Shown here in pieces: positions 25,001 to 39,399 of a DNA stretch of 64,000 nt. The position numbers and the translations under genes were made by a program. Source of the DNA: Cenococcum geophilum (Eukaryota); the NCBI GenBank assembly GCA_050273025.1, contig CP158635.1, forward strand, positions 15,128,001 to 15,192,000, written 5' to 3'. The notes beneath the pieces are model-generated. The model was given only the letters and a program-made list of their open reading frames with translations. It was not told the DNA's origin and did not search any database. How positions within the stretch are numbered: position 1 is the stretch's first letter; each line of letters starts with the position of its first letter.

Positions 25001-28000
25001 TATCGGTATACTCGCTTTATTAACGTACACGAATATCACTTGTAGTGGTACGTATGCGGTGTTAAAGTTAGTAGTTAATTATTTTACTAGAGGTAAGGGG
25101 TTGCTCCAAGGTTAGGTTAGCTAACCTCGCTACGTGGTCCCGTAACCACGTCATATAATTAACATTCTAACACTAGAGCAACTCTAAAAAGAAGACTAAT
25201 CTATACTTTAAAGTTAAGTCTACTTCTAGGCTATTCGTAGTATATACGCAATAGCGACTTTCTGCCAAATTCTGCTAAATTCTGCCAAACCTAACTTCTG
25301 CCAACTAATTAGGATTTTCCATCCCCGGGATGGAAAATTACTATTAGCTCGCTTAGTACTAGCGCCAACGCTAAACTAAAGTTGAATCCGTTCGCTTAAC
25401 CCACCCTATAGCCCGTAATTTAACTTAATTCGTATTAATAAGCTATAATAGTGCCGTATAGGGCTTACCCTTTATTATAGCGTCCATAGGGTTAGTATCT
25501 CCATTAATCCACTTAACTTTAGTAATCTGTTTTTGTTTATAAGCTTAGCGAAGGCATATTACATTAATTATTAAGCGTTTCTCTTACGTAGTTTCTAGTC
25601 GGATAAGACAGTTATATAAAGACTTTAAATTAGTATAGAGAATAAGTGGCAAGTTAACCTATAAGACCTTATCTAGCGTAGATTTAATTATAGCGCCTAT
25701 ATTAAAACTATACGCTATACTGTATAACTCTAAGGCTAATACACTCCTAGTAACTCTTTTACACTTAACTAAGGACTAGTAGATAATATTTGCCTTATTT
25801 AAGGCGTCTACTAGTATAAGTACGTAGCCAATTTGCGAAAATAAGTCCTTATTATTGGCGAAGGAAGTGTTTATAAATACTAGGAGTTATAAGGTATTAA
25901 TGTCTAGCTTAATAAACTTTAGGCCTCTATTTATGTTCTTAATCTACTAGCTTAATCGCTTATTAAGACTCTTTATATTATCTTTAACTGGGTTAATTAC
26001 CTAGGTAGTAAAGGATAGGTTAAATAAGGCCTTTGGCTAACAGACTAAGGCGATATAGGCTCCTCTGGCGCGTTAAGTAATATACTAGTTCTTTAGCGTA
26101 AGCAGGCCATGCGTAACTCCTCTGGAGCTAGTGCTGTCTACTAGCGTAGTATTAACCACACTAAGGTTCTCATACTGGCGCTTTTGCGTTAGCGTAATAC
26201 TCCTATCTTATATTAATTAAATAAGTCCTCTATTAAACTTAATTGGTATATTAGCGGTTAATTACTCTCGCTCCTTAGCCATAAATTTAGCCTTATATAG
26301 TTCGCTTTATTCAGCCTCTATAAAGGTATTATCTGTAAGGAATAGTATATCGTTAGTCTATAGGCCAACGATTTTAAAAGGCTTGTCGCTATAGAGTAAG
26401 TAAGGGTCGTACATGGACTGGTCTATTCGCAGCTAATTAACGTAGTGTAAATGGTAGGTCTTAAACTAGTGGTTTTTAGCTTTAGGTACTTCGTAAAGTA
26501 GCTTTATAACCTTTAGAACGGAGTTCGTATTAATTCCCAATTGTTTATTTAACTTATGTGGTAGTCGTACGTAGAACTCGCGGTTTAGGTTCGTAGTGGA
26601 CTGGACGTAAGCTTGTAAGATATCTCGGAGGTAGAGTTATATCTACGGTAGTATAGCAGCGATACAGAGAATTAGCCGCTGGCTAACCTATTAAATTATT
26701 AGTGACTAAGTAAGGACTAGCTCTTTCTCTAAATTATTATAGGCCTATATAATAAGTCGTAATTTCTTAAAGGCTCTATTAGTTCCCTTATTCTTAATCT
26801 TATTAATAAACTGTAAGTTAAAGAGTCTAACCCCCTTTAGCATATCGCGTAGCTTAATAATCTTAAAGACGCCTTTCTTAAGTAGGCCTGTGACCTCCTT
26901 TTATCGTAAAGCGCTGAATTAGGTATTATTATCGTTCTATAAGTAGATAGCAATATCAGTAATATCTATAATATCACCCGTAAAAGCACCTATATCTATT
27001 ATAGCGTCTATAGTAGCCGTGTCTATAATAGCCGTAAGCAATAGGTATTTACGGGGGCGACCTCTACCTCACTTTGGCGGTAGCTGTGGTTCGGCTTTAG
27101 GTAACGATTAAGGTTCAGCTAGTAAAGGTACTAGTTTAGCTAATTTAATAGGCTCTCGTGGTTTAACTAGGTCTTATAGGTTTAGTAGGTAAGATTTTAT
27201 AACCGTAGAGCGGAAGGTTGTAGGCCTATTCGGTAGCTTTATAGTATAGGTCTTACCGTTAACGGTAAGTAGCGTATATGGCCTATTCCAATAACTACTC
27301 TGGCTAGTATTGCCTTCTCTCCAGACTAAGATAGGCGAACTAGGTGGGAGGCTGTGAATGGCGTTAGTTTGTGGTCCGTTTCGCATATTAAAAGCATTAG
27401 CGATCTATTATTTAGCTTATAGCTTCTGGATTTCCACCATTGCTTTCTTAATGGCCGCAGCTCGCTATGTAACTAAAGGTAATAGCGCGTCCGATTTAAC
27501 CATTTGGGGGTAGGCTCCGAAGACTAGGAGTGTAGGGACTAGGCCTTTTAGGCTAGCCGTGTTATTAATAGCTTTAAAGGCCATTTATAGGGCCATCTCC
27601 TTGCTAATTTTAGGGATTTTAGTTGTAATAATTTAGTAGGCTCGTCGTAACGGACTATAGTAGCGCTCTACCATTTTAATGGAATTGTGTGATTCGACTA
27701 GAACTAACTTTATGGTTACTCCTATAGTAGCAGCGTAGTGCTTAAACTCCTTACTAATAAAGTTCTTCCCGGCGTCTATAATGATTAGGTCTAGTAGTCC
27801 TAAATAGCTATTAATCTAGCATATCTGTAGAATGTCCTAAGTATACTTAGCGCTGATATCTTATAGCCATCTACTAGCTTAAAATCAAGTTACTTCGTTA
27901 ACTACGTATAGTAGGGGGGAGCTGCTAATATATATAATGTCAACGATAATATTATAATTAAAATTAACGTTGTCTTATAGGGTGAAGCGAAATCTACCTA

Positions 28001-31000
28001 GAGATCTGCTATACTTCTAGCAATAGTAGTAGAGTCTAGTTAGCTCTTTAATAGCGGATCTATTAGTGTTATAGCCATGGCCAGCCTTATTAAGAAGCTT
28101 TTGCAGTCTATTAACTAATAGGTAACCAAATTAATAGTGTAGACGTTGTAGTTTTATATTAGTTAAATAGCAAGGGTTTATATTAAAAGACTTAACCAAA
28201 TAAGACTATAAGGAGAAGCTCTATAAGAGAAATGGGTGGCCAAATTATCTAACTACTAGCACCCTTTTAGTGCGAGTGATAATGACGTCCTTTAGGTTAT
28301 TGTATTTAATATAGAGTCTATCTATATCTGCTAAGAAAAGTAGAAAGGGAGTATCTGCTTTAATAATATAGAATTATACCTTGCCTATAGGGCTGTTAAT
28401 GTCTATAGTTCCGATAAATATAGAGGCTCCGATCCCAAATTGGATAGTTACTTAGCCCTTAGTTAACATATTAAGACTTACGGACTTATCTACGGCCTAT
28501 AGAGCTTAGAATTAACTATAGCTAGCTATAGACTTGCGCGAAGCACCCGTATCGATCATAATTCCTATAAAGACCGTTAAGGTGTATCGTGACGCTATGG
28601 CTGTAGCCGTACTATAGGCAAATAGGTCGGTCTCCGTATAAGGTTCCGTAGTAGACTCCGTGGTAAGTTCTAAAGCTATAAGCAGGTATATATAAGCCTT
28701 ATTGGCTAATTCTACGCTTATAGAGGTTACTTCCTCTATAGTAAGTATTCTAAAGGTAGTAATATAGGTAGAACTATCGTTAGGTTCTCCGGCATTGCTT
28801 CTAAAGTTATTAGCGTTATATATATAGGCTTTAAAGTCTAAGTTATCCTCTTTATCTCTTTTACAGACGGCGACGTATTATTTAAAGTGGTTGTCAAAGT
28901 TGCCCTTATTGCGGCCCTTAATATTAATAAAACGTCTTTTATAGTCGTCTCTAGACCGATTACGCTCCTCCTCTATATGTTTCTATAAACGGCAGTCCTC
29001 CTTCTTATAGACATAGCACTTAGCCTTTAGTCTACCGTTGGTTCTATAGGGGCGATTACTGCTGTAGCGATTGGTGTTTCGGTCTTAATTCTGGTCATTT
29101 TAGTAATAGCGTTAATCCGTAAAGAAGGCTTAATAAGACGATCTTATTAAGGCCTATAGGGGGTGTTCTTTTTCCTACGTAATAATGGAGGATTATAGCT
29201 TACTAATTAACTAAGAGAGGTCTTCTAAAGGGTTAGAGATAGCAATACGGCATACTGGTACTCCCTAGCAAGCAGTAACTAGCTTATTTATAAAAATACG
29301 GTTCGTATAGAAGTCTAGGTATAGTCCATGGCGTTACTTTAGCAGCTTATTTATAAGTAGTTGGAAGTTCTAATAGATTGACTTATTAGGGTTCTCATCT
29401 ATAACTCCTTAAAGGGTTATACTGTTCCACTCCGTAAAATTCTTGCGGTAGTATTTTAGTCCTTTAAAAAACTGTCGTATATAGTTACAGGCTTTAATAA
29501 AAGGTCTCGACTTAAGGTTACTGTTATAGTAGTAGTCCTAAGTAAGCCCTTTTAGTATACTAGGGAATGCCACTATGTAGCCTTCTGGTAGTAAGCTAGA
29601 TCTCTTATAGATATTATAAAAGATAGTTAGCTTAAAGTTAAAGCTGTTATTAACTCTATCGTACTTTTAGTCGTCTATATAGATCTTTATAATTATAGCC
29701 ACCTCCTTATTATATCTAGATCCTTACTTAAGTTCTTACTCTACGCTAGGCACAGCTGGTTTGGGTAGTATATATATATATGGCTGCTACGGTTACTATA
29801 GCTACTACAGTTACTGCTTTCTTAGCTATAGTAGTTGGTTAATAAGAGCATAGATTTGGTTATAATTAGAGAATTAAGGACTAGGAGGAGTAGTAAGGTT
29901 AATAAGGGTAGTAATTAGAGTAGCTGGCGGTGCAGTAATCGGAGTAGATCTAGGGGGGGTAGTAGGGGTAGCGGGGGCAGCGACCGGGGTAGCTGGCGGT
30001 GCTGCGATTGGGGTAGCTAGCGGTGCAGCAACCGGAGTAGCTAGTGGTACAGCGGCTGGAATAGCTAGTGGAGTTAGTGGAGTACCTAGTAGTAGGGCTA
30101 GAGGTGTAGTAAGCTTGTCTAAGGTCGAATTAAGTTAGTCTTACAGAGTTGTTGTAATTATTGGCTTTACCTCTGCAAGGGCCGCGATAAGCTCCTCGTC
30201 CGTCTATTTATAAAACTCTTTTTTATAGGCGATATCCGTTAGCACCTTGCTAAGGGTGTGCCTCTTATCTTACTTAATAACGTATACTCCTTTCTTAACT
30301 AAGTAGTTACGGATTCCCGCTCTAGTTTTAGATTATACTCGTTTAAAGAGCTCTGGTATAAAGTCTTTAAAGTTTTCCTAATATACTATCCACAGTAAAA
30401 AGTCTATAAGGTTATGCCGTGTATATAAGTACATCTTAGTCTCTATATACTCCACTAGATCGTTATCTATAGCCGTCTCCAAGTTAATTCCGTAGCTGTA
30501 TTTAGCAATTCTTTCCTTCTAGTTAATTTCTATATTATTGTGTCTTTGTGTATAAGGGTAGTCGTCGTTTAGAAGTTAAGGTTAAGGTTAAGGTTAAGGT
30601 TAAGGTTAAGGTTAAGGTCGGGGGTGTAAAGGTAAGGGTATAAGGGTGTGTGCGTGTCCCCTTAATAAATCTATAGTTTTTAAAGACTAAAGACTAAAGA
30701 CGATTCTTAGCAAAGATATGGTCCTCTAGGCGATCTTACGCGTTAGCAGTTAAGTTAATACGTGGTCTTAAGCTTTAAGGTCCTCTAGGCGATCTAACGC
30801 GTTAACAGTTAAGTTAATGCGTAGTCTTAAGCTTTAAGGGGTAACGTAGCTCTCTCTAAGTAAAGATACAATTCTCTAGGCGATCTTACGCGTTAGTAAG
30901 CTAATACGTGGTCTTAAGCTTTGAGGGTAACGTAGCTTTCTCCTTTAACTAAAATAGGGCGATAGCTCTGTAATTTGACGCGTTAGCAGTTAAGCTAATA

Positions 31001-31227
31001 CGTAGTTTCGAGCTTTGCTATTACGTATTTCCTAATCTGTACGTCTACTAATTAGTGTCAGTATACTCGCTTTATTAACGTGCACGAATATCACTTATAG
31101 TGGTACGTATGCGGTGTTGAAGTTGGTAGTTAATTGTTTTACTAGAGGTAAGGGGTTACTCCAAGGTCAGGTTAGCTAACCTCGCTACATAGTCCCGTGA
31201 CCACGTCACATGATTAACGTTCCGACA
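25001..31227 (-). mobile_element. Copia/Ty1 LTR retrotransposon A (GalEa-type), full length, RIP-degraded
   Basis: 172-bp LTRs at 25001..25172 and 31056..31227, TSD ATTAT. Minus-strand order: gag, protease (GIMIDTGASRKS ~28530-28565), integrase, RT (YLRDILQAYVQSTT ~26600-26635; VGL*TND for QTDD ~26350-26370), RNase H. A hairpin replaces the tRNA PBS at 31032..31055. Confidence 0.93.
30574..31012. repeat. Repeats in the 5' leader of Copia A: (GGTTAA)~7 microsatellite and ~4 copies of a ~60-90-bp unit
   Basis: GTTAAG run at 30575..30617; CTCTAGGCGATCTTACGCGTTAG...CTTAAGCTTT recurring at ~30724, 30783, 30874 and (degenerate) 30966. Confidence 0.8.
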
Positions 31228-31726
31228 ATTATAGGATTTCTTTTTTATTATTTATCTTCTTAGCTGCACCTAAGAATGTAAGAACTTTGTAATAATTCTT
31301 ATAGTAAATAAATTCCCTAAAGACGGTTTTTTAGCCGTAGTATTGGTAATGGGTAAAAGTATAGCAAATAGCTATTATGTTAAGAATTTATAAAGCTATT
31401 AGGTTATATAAAAAAATTCCCCTAGCTTTTACCTTAATTTGCCTAAGTTTATAACTATTATAGTAGGTAAATAGAGCCTAGTCTATATCCTAAGTGCAGA
31501 TATAAGTATATCTATCTCTCTAAAACTACGGGTCCTTTTAAACTATCTCTATAGCAATACTAAGACTAGTTATCCTTATAAGGTTACTTAGATATAAAGA
31601 TAATTATAGGTAGATAATAGTAAGAAAAGTTTAGGTTAATAAAAGGATAGAAGTAAGCCTTTATATAGAAATAAAAAAGATGTCTTTATCTATAGCCTAT
31701 AGTATAACCCCCTTACTAATAAATAT

Positions 31727-34700
31727 TGTTCGTACTAATTTAATAGCACGAGTAAGTTAGATCTAGGGGCACGAAATACATATAGTATTATATGCTCGTT
31801 TAGATAATGGTAACTATCAATTATATAAAGCAGACTACGTGGTCTATATACTAATGCACCTCCCCCCTAATTAGTTAGTGCTTTATAAGTGCACTAGACG
31901 CGTAAGCGAGTGGTTAGTGCACCAAACGCGTAAACGCGTGGCTGCTGTACTGAACGCGTAGGCACACGGTTGGCACAACAAGTGCTATAATTAGACACTG
32001 GCGGTACTTAAAAAATAAAACCACCTGTGTACAGCCTCCGTAATTGCTTTAATAAAACTATAAAACACAAAGAAAAATATATAGGAAATCTCCCCTAAGG
32101 TGCCGTCTAGGCTGCCTTCCAAACGGTGCCCTAAGCTAGCCGTAAGTTCTACTTACAGTCCGTAAAATAAACCGTACAGTCTTTTAACGGGCAGTAGACA
32201 AGCTATAAGTTAGATCTTAAGGGCCACTAAGGCGCTAGTGCTAAGCGAGCCAATAGCAATTTTCTGTACCCGGTATAGAAAATTATAATTGGTCAATTTA
32301 ACCACCGTGGCAGAATATAGCAGAATTTAGCAGGTCATGTAATCTACCAAGTTCCACCGCAGCTTTCCACTATTTTCCACCTAATAGCTTATAGTCCGTA
32401 GAATAGGCCGTATAATAAGCCATACGGCCTTCTAACGGGCCGTAGGCGTACCGTAGGTACTCCATTAGTCCCGTTCTACCTATTCTATAACTTCTAGATT
32501 AAGCTTATTCGTATTAATTAAGGTTTTAAGGGCTTAACACGGCTTTACCTTAGTTATAGCGTCTACTAGGTTATTTCCGCCGCTGATCCATTTAACCTCC
32601 GTAATTTCACGTCGTTTATAGGCTTAACGTAAGCACATTAGGTTGACTATAAGCCTCTTTTCTTATATCGTACCTAGTTTAACTAGGCAGTCGTAGAGGG
32701 ACTTTAAGTTAGTGTATAAAACTAGGCGTAACTGCTCCAATTATAGGATCTTCTAGATTGTTAATTTAATTACGGCTACTATATTAAAGCTATAAGCTAG
32801 TATATATAGTTCGGAAGCTAGTACACTACAGGTTACTTATTTACATTTAATTAAGGACTAGTATAGTATATTTACGTCCTAATTACGGTCCATAAGTACA
32901 ATTATAAAGCCGATTTATAATAATAGGTCTCTATTATTGGCAAAGGAGGCATCTGTAAATGCCAGTAAGCTAAGGGAACTTAGGTCTAGTGGTACCAAAG
33001 TAAGTCCCCTTACTACATTATTAATTTGCCACTAAATGCGCTTATTAAGCTGCTTAATATTTTCTTCTTACAGATCTACTGCCTAGGCCGTAAAGGACAA
33101 ATTATAGGCAGATTTGGGTTAGCAGACTATGGCAATATAGGCGCCTCTTGCACGCTATACAACGTATTAGTCCTTTATATTTACGGTCTTACGGGTCTCT
33201 CCGCGGGAGCTAGTGAGGTCTATAGGCTTTACTATAATAGGCTTTAGGTTTTAAGCTTGGCGTTCCTAAGTTAGCTTAATTAGGTTGCCCTTTTATATAA
33301 TTAGGCCTTTATTAAACTTAATTGGATTCTATTTAGTTAACTACTCTTATAGCTTTACTAAGAACTTGGCCTTTTATAGTTTAGTTTCTTTAGCGTCTAT
33401 AAAGGTCTAGTCTACTAGGAATAGGGTATCGTCTGTTTAAAGTCTAATAATACTAAGGCCGTTTAATGGGCTGTATAGGAGGCAGGGGTTATAGGTCGAC
33501 TATTCCATTTTAAGTTTACTGATATAGTGCTAGTAGTATATTTTAAACCAATGGTTTCTAGCTTCCGGTACTCCGTATAGAGGGTTTATAACCTATAAAA
33601 TTGTTCCTAGTTATAGGTTAAGCTTAGGGGGTAGCCGTATAAAGATGTTTCTACTTAGGTAGGTATTAGACTGCATATAGGCTTACAAGATATCCCATAG
33701 GTAAAGAGCTATAGGTTTACTTTACTATAGTCCGGGCATAAGTGCAAGTATAATCCGTTAACTAACTTATTAAATTATAGGCGATTATATAAGGACTAAG
33801 TCCTTTCCTTAGTCGTTATAGGCTTATATAATAAGCCTTAATTTTTTAAAAGCTTTATTAGTACTAGGGTGCTTAATTTTATTAATAAAGTATAAGTTAA
33901 ATATACAGACGCCTTACAGAACGTCTCTCTCCATTATAACCGCAAAGACACCCTTTTTAAGTAGTCCGTTAATCTCTTTACGTCATAAGTCTATAAACGG
34001 GGTTTCCTATACTAGAACTAATATATCCGCAAATAGAGGTTGCCTTACGGATATTCCTACAGAGGTTAGGTAATTCTTTATTACGGGGTTTTTAGTTACA
34101 GGGTGCTTTTAGGGGCGTCCTCAACCACGCTTTACGGTAGGTTTAGTAGGTTTAGTGGGTTTTTAGGGGACTTTTAGGGTAGGCAAGGGTGCTTCTAGTT
34201 CGTCTAATTTGGTAGTCGCTTCTAGTTTATCCGGTTCGGCGGTTACTTCTAGTTCGTCTAGCTTAACGTTATAGGTGGTTTTAGGCCGAAAGTAGGGTTT
34301 TACAGACGTGCTTCTAAAGCTAGTTGGCCCGCTAAAAAGCTATATACAGCACGTCTTATTTTCTACGGCTAGTAGGCAATAGGGTCCATTCCAGCTACCA
34401 CTTTTACGCCATATAAGGACTTCAGAGTTAAGCGGGAGGTTGTATACTAAGGTTGTATTAGGTCCGTTACGGTAGTATAGGGCGTTATTAACAGTTTATT
34501 TGGCCCGTAGCTTAACTATCTCAGCTATTACCTTCCGTATTACAGCTACTCGTTCCGTAATAAACGGGGTAGGAGGGCCTAGGTTGCTTATTCTTAGGTA
34601 GGCTCCATAAACTAAGAGGGTAGGTACTAGTCCGTTAGGGCTAGCGGTGTTATTAATAGCTTTTACGGCCATCTATAGAGCCAGTTCCTTTTAGATGTCC

Positions 34701-37700
34701 TTACATTCGTCCGTAATAATCTAGTAAGCTCTCTATAAGGCTAGGTAAGCTTGTTTAACAAGCCTAATAAACTAATATGCCTTAATTAGGACAGCTTTTG
34801 TTAATATAGCCATGGCCGTAGTATACTATTAAAATTCCTTGCTAATAAAGTTCCTACTAGTATCGTAGGTAATATACTTAGGGGGTCTAACGTATGTGTT
34901 AATCCAGCAGGTCCGTAAAATATCCTAAGTATATTTTATAGATATATTTTGCAGCTAACGGGTGGCTTAATAGCGGGTTGCCTCATTAATTATATATAAT
35001 ACTAGGCTGCCGTTAATATACATAATGTCTACGTATACTAAGTGGTTAAAATTAAGGTCTTTATAAAGAGTGAACTTAAATTGGCCTAGGGAATGTCCGT
35101 ATTTCTAGCAGAAGGAGCAGTATTTAGTTAGGTGGTTAACTGCCTTCCTATTAATATTGTTATATCCAGAGCGTTTAAGGACTCTATATAGCTTTTCAGC
35201 TAATAAATAGCCGAAACGGCGGTATAGGCGGTGGATTTCCGTACTAGTAAGGTAGTACGGGTTATAGTTAAAAGATTCCTAAATGTAGGTCCGTAAAGTC
35301 TCTCCCTATATAAGGAACGGGTGTCTAAATCGTCGTGTAATTGGTAAGGTAATATGCTTACTTCCTAGGGTAGTTATGGGGCCAATTAGGGTGTCCGTAA
35401 CATTATTATAGTATACCTATAACCTATCCATATCTATAAGACAGAGTAGGAAGGGGGTATCCGCTTTTACCACGTGGAAATTAACTAGGCTAATTAGAGT
35501 CTTAACTTTAACTAATCCAATTAATGCGGTTAAGCTGATGCCGAATTAGACGTTTACGGCCCTAGTTTGCGTAATATTAATGTCCATATTATTATTTGTG
35601 GTGGTCCTATATATAAGGTATTATCCATAGCCTATAGTAGACTTCTTAGAGGCACCTATGTTAATTATAACACCGTAGAATTCCTTAGGGGTATAGCGCT
35701 CTGTGGTGATATATGCAAATAGGTCCTGCTTATAATCTATAACGTCTATAACGGGGGTGCTTATAGAATAGTTTTTGGGCGCAACTAAGTGTATAAAGAA
35801 ACGGTCGGCTAATGCGGTTGTAATATTAAAGGCTTAGCTATCCGTAAAAGGTCTAAAAGTAATTAGGAATGTCTCTAAGGTCTCTTATTCCTAAGTATCT
35901 AAGTTAAAGTTAATTATAAGGGCTTCTATTAACTTATTAGGGGGCTCTTCTACTTCCTTTCCTTCGTATTCTAAAATAAACTGGCTAATATAGCTATTAA
36001 GTCTCTTCCTGGACTTGTTATGTTCTTCCTAAGTATACCTTATAGACCAACATCCTTTCTTACCGCACACGAAGCACTTCTGGCTAGTTTATCTGTAGGG
36101 GTATATTTTCGTACAGGGGTTGCTACGGGGGTTATAGGTAGGGCTTAGTCGGTACAGGTACTGCTAGCGGTAGCAGCGGTCCGTAAAGTAGACGTCTAAG
36201 TCTATTTATAGATATTAAATATCCGTAGTAAAGGCTTAAGTGCTACCTAGTGGGTTTAAGACTTTATACATTATAATAGAGGAGTGTAGGTTATTAATAA
36301 GGCCAGCTAAGGTATCTGCAGGCTTATAGTAGGCGTACTTATAGGGCTCTACTTCCTAGTAGGCCGTAATAAGTTTATTATACAGGAAGTCGTCTATTTA
36401 AAGCTTAGCGTTAAGGCCGTGCTATAGGTGCCGGAGGTCTTTAATAAGAATTTGTAGGCACTCTATAGTCGATTTTTCAGTATTCTTATTAATTACGGTC
36501 CGTAGCTTGGTTGCATTCCATTAGGTAAGAATATTACGCTTATATTCCGGTCCTTTAAAGTAGTTGTGGGTAGCTTCGCATAGCTTATTAAAGGGAACAC
36601 CAAGGGGGTTGCTCTTAAGGTTAGTGTAGTAGTAGTTAAGTGCTAGGCCGCGCAGTATAGTAGAGTAGGCTTGGCTAAACTCTTATTTAGAAATATCAGC
36701 CTTTTAGCAAAGGTCCATAAAGATGGTCAGTTTAAAGTCAAAATTATCGTTTTTACCGCTATACTTAGATTCGTCGGTATAGAGCTTAGCCAGATTAGCT
36801 AGTTCCTTGCTATAGGTCTTCGCTTAGATATATTACAGATCTATAACTTACGGATTTATAGCTTACGGATATATAGCTTACGGATATATAGTTTGCGGGT
36901 ATATAGCTTACGGATCTATAACTTAGGCAGGTTATAGATCTATAGCTTTATTAACAAAAGGGTTTTAGTCCGTATTTTGATTTACAGGGATATTACGGTC
37001 CGTAACTTGGGTACTAGGTATGCTTTAGCCTATAAAATTAATTCTAAAATCGCTTAGGTTTATAGGATAAATTTGGTTAAGTAGGTTAGGTATAAGGCTA
37101 GCAATGCTATTAAGTTTGGGAGAAGCAGAGAGATTATTAGTGGCTTTAACCTAGTCTAGGATTTTCTCTTTAGTCCATTCCGTTTGGTCCTCCTCCTATA
37201 TTATGTTATATAAGGACTATATAACAGTAACTCGTTTATCCTTTTTAACCTATACACCTTAGTAACGTAAAAGGGTTCGTAGGTTATAGATAGTAGTAGG
37301 GTTATAAGCCTTAAGAATAGCTTCCGTAAAGTCCACAAAGTCTTCCTTATATTACTCCTATAGGTCGTTATTTAGAAGCTTATAGTATCCGTATTTAAGG
37401 ATTTTAAAATTAATATAGTCGTTAACATTGTCCGTAGACGTAAGGTCGACTCCTTAGCTCCACTTCTTTTAACCTTCACTAATTTACTTACTTAGGTCTG
37501 CCATACTATATATATAGTGTAGTACATAGCAGGTGGAAGAGGTCTTATAGTAGGCCGTAAAGGTGGTTAATAGGTCCGTAACGGTTTATAGGAGAGTAGG
37601 GGGTTTCCGTAAGGTCTTGTAACGGTCCGTAAAGGTAATTAGCAGGTCCATAGTGATTCGCGGGAGGGTAGGGGGTTCCGTAAAGGTCTGTATTCACATT

Positions 37701-38151
37701 TATAACTTCCGGTAAACCGTATTAAGACTTGAATAAGTATACAGAGTTAGTGATAGTCCGTAATCCCCAACTTCCGACCTTCCAGCAGGTCGTACTAGGA
37801 GTTTAAACGGGTGGTCGCTGTCGAGTATCGCTCGGGGGAGGTATCGAGTAATTGCTGATCTGTGCGCGCTCACTGATTAGTGTTCGTACTAATTTAATAA
37901 CACGAGTGAGTTAGATCCAGGGGCACGAAATACGTATAGTATTGTATACTCGTTTGGATAATGGTAACTGTTAATTGTATAAAGCAGACTACGTGGTCTA
38001 TATACTGATGCACCTCCCCCCTAATTAGTTAGTGCTTTATAAGTGCACCAGACGCGTAAGCGAGTGGTTGATACACCGAACGCGTAAACGCGTGGCTGCT
38101 GTACCGAACGCGTAGGCACGCGGTTGGCATAACGGGTGCTGTAATCAGACA
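31727..38151 (-). mobile_element. Copia/Ty1 LTR retrotransposon B (GalEa-type), full length, RIP-degraded
   Basis: 271-bp LTRs at 31727..31997 and 37881..38151 (TGTTCG...AGACA), TSD AATAT. Same minus-strand gag-PR-IN-RT-RH order as Copia A. Hairpin at 37855..37880. Confidence 0.94.
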
Positions 38152-39399
38152 AATATTAAGGCAAGTAATAGTTAACTCTTATATATCGCCTAAATCTCTT
38201 AGACTAAGGCATATTAGATATTTATTTCCCTTTAGGCTTTAGCGTTAATACGTTATATAGGTCCTACCCGACTGAAAATTAGCCCTACTAAAAATCTAGC
38301 CCTAATACCCCTTTATCTTTTACTAATAAAGTCCCTTAATTATAACTTCTTTCTTAAACTTAATTATGACTATACTATAGATAGCTTCTAGTATTAATAG
38401 TAAAGATATAGATAATCTAAAAGCCTATCTAGTAATATAGAGCCAACGGTATTCTTTGTAGACTTTTAATACGCCCTTTTTTACTTTACCTAATACCACT
38501 ATAATAGAGAAATACATTACTCTATACTTAGAAGTGAGTGCTAAATACTAAAATATATATAACGCTTTACTAATAATTATAAGTAGAAAGCCAAAGCTAT
38601 TGCTACTATAATTTGAAATATAACCCCTAACGGAGTATCTTTTAAATAGTTATATTTAATACTATATAATAACCTAGAAAGCCCCATTTTATATATGCCC
38701 GCATAAGGTTTAAAAAGGGCTATAGTAATATTAGCTATTGGATTATTAGGTTTAGGTAATAGATTACTAAAGTTTAAAGTATTAAAGGACTATAAATCCT
38801 TTAAACTCTAAGTAAAGAGATACTAGGCACCCTATATAATATACCTTAAATCTATAAAGGGCGTAGAAGTAGACTTGCTTATATATCTATATAGGCTAAA
38901 AAAGCTACTACCTTGTAGTAGCTATAATAGCGTTAAATTAGTATATAAGAGATACTATATTAAGAACGTTAGAGTATAATAGGTTTTATAGGCTATAATA
39001 ACTGGTACACTATATATAAGGAGCCGTAGTATAGTAATTAAGTCCGTTATTTTTTATTATAGTACCGGCCGGAGTAATACAGAAACTAGAAAACTTGCCC
39101 TTATTTAGCGTGGCAATTAGTAAAGGCCCCTAATAAATATTAGAATAGCTGTTAAATAGCTTAAAGGGTATTAATAGAGGGCCCTAGTGTATATTAGAAT
39201 TGCTATAAAAGTGCTTTTAAGGAATTTGTGAAGGACCCTAATATATATTAGGATAGGCCCTATAGAGCTCTATAGGAATTTATAAAGGGTCTTAATACTA
39301 ATTAGAATTACTACTAAATATCTTAATAATTGTACTCTCCACGTTTATAACAGACTATAATACAGCTGTTTTATTTATTAAGGCTATTATTAGTAGTTA

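Noticed and set aside
30575..30617. (GGTTAA)n as an interstitial telomere
   Set aside because: It is not TTAGGG, lies in the Copia A leader, and is probably a RIP-altered microsatellite.
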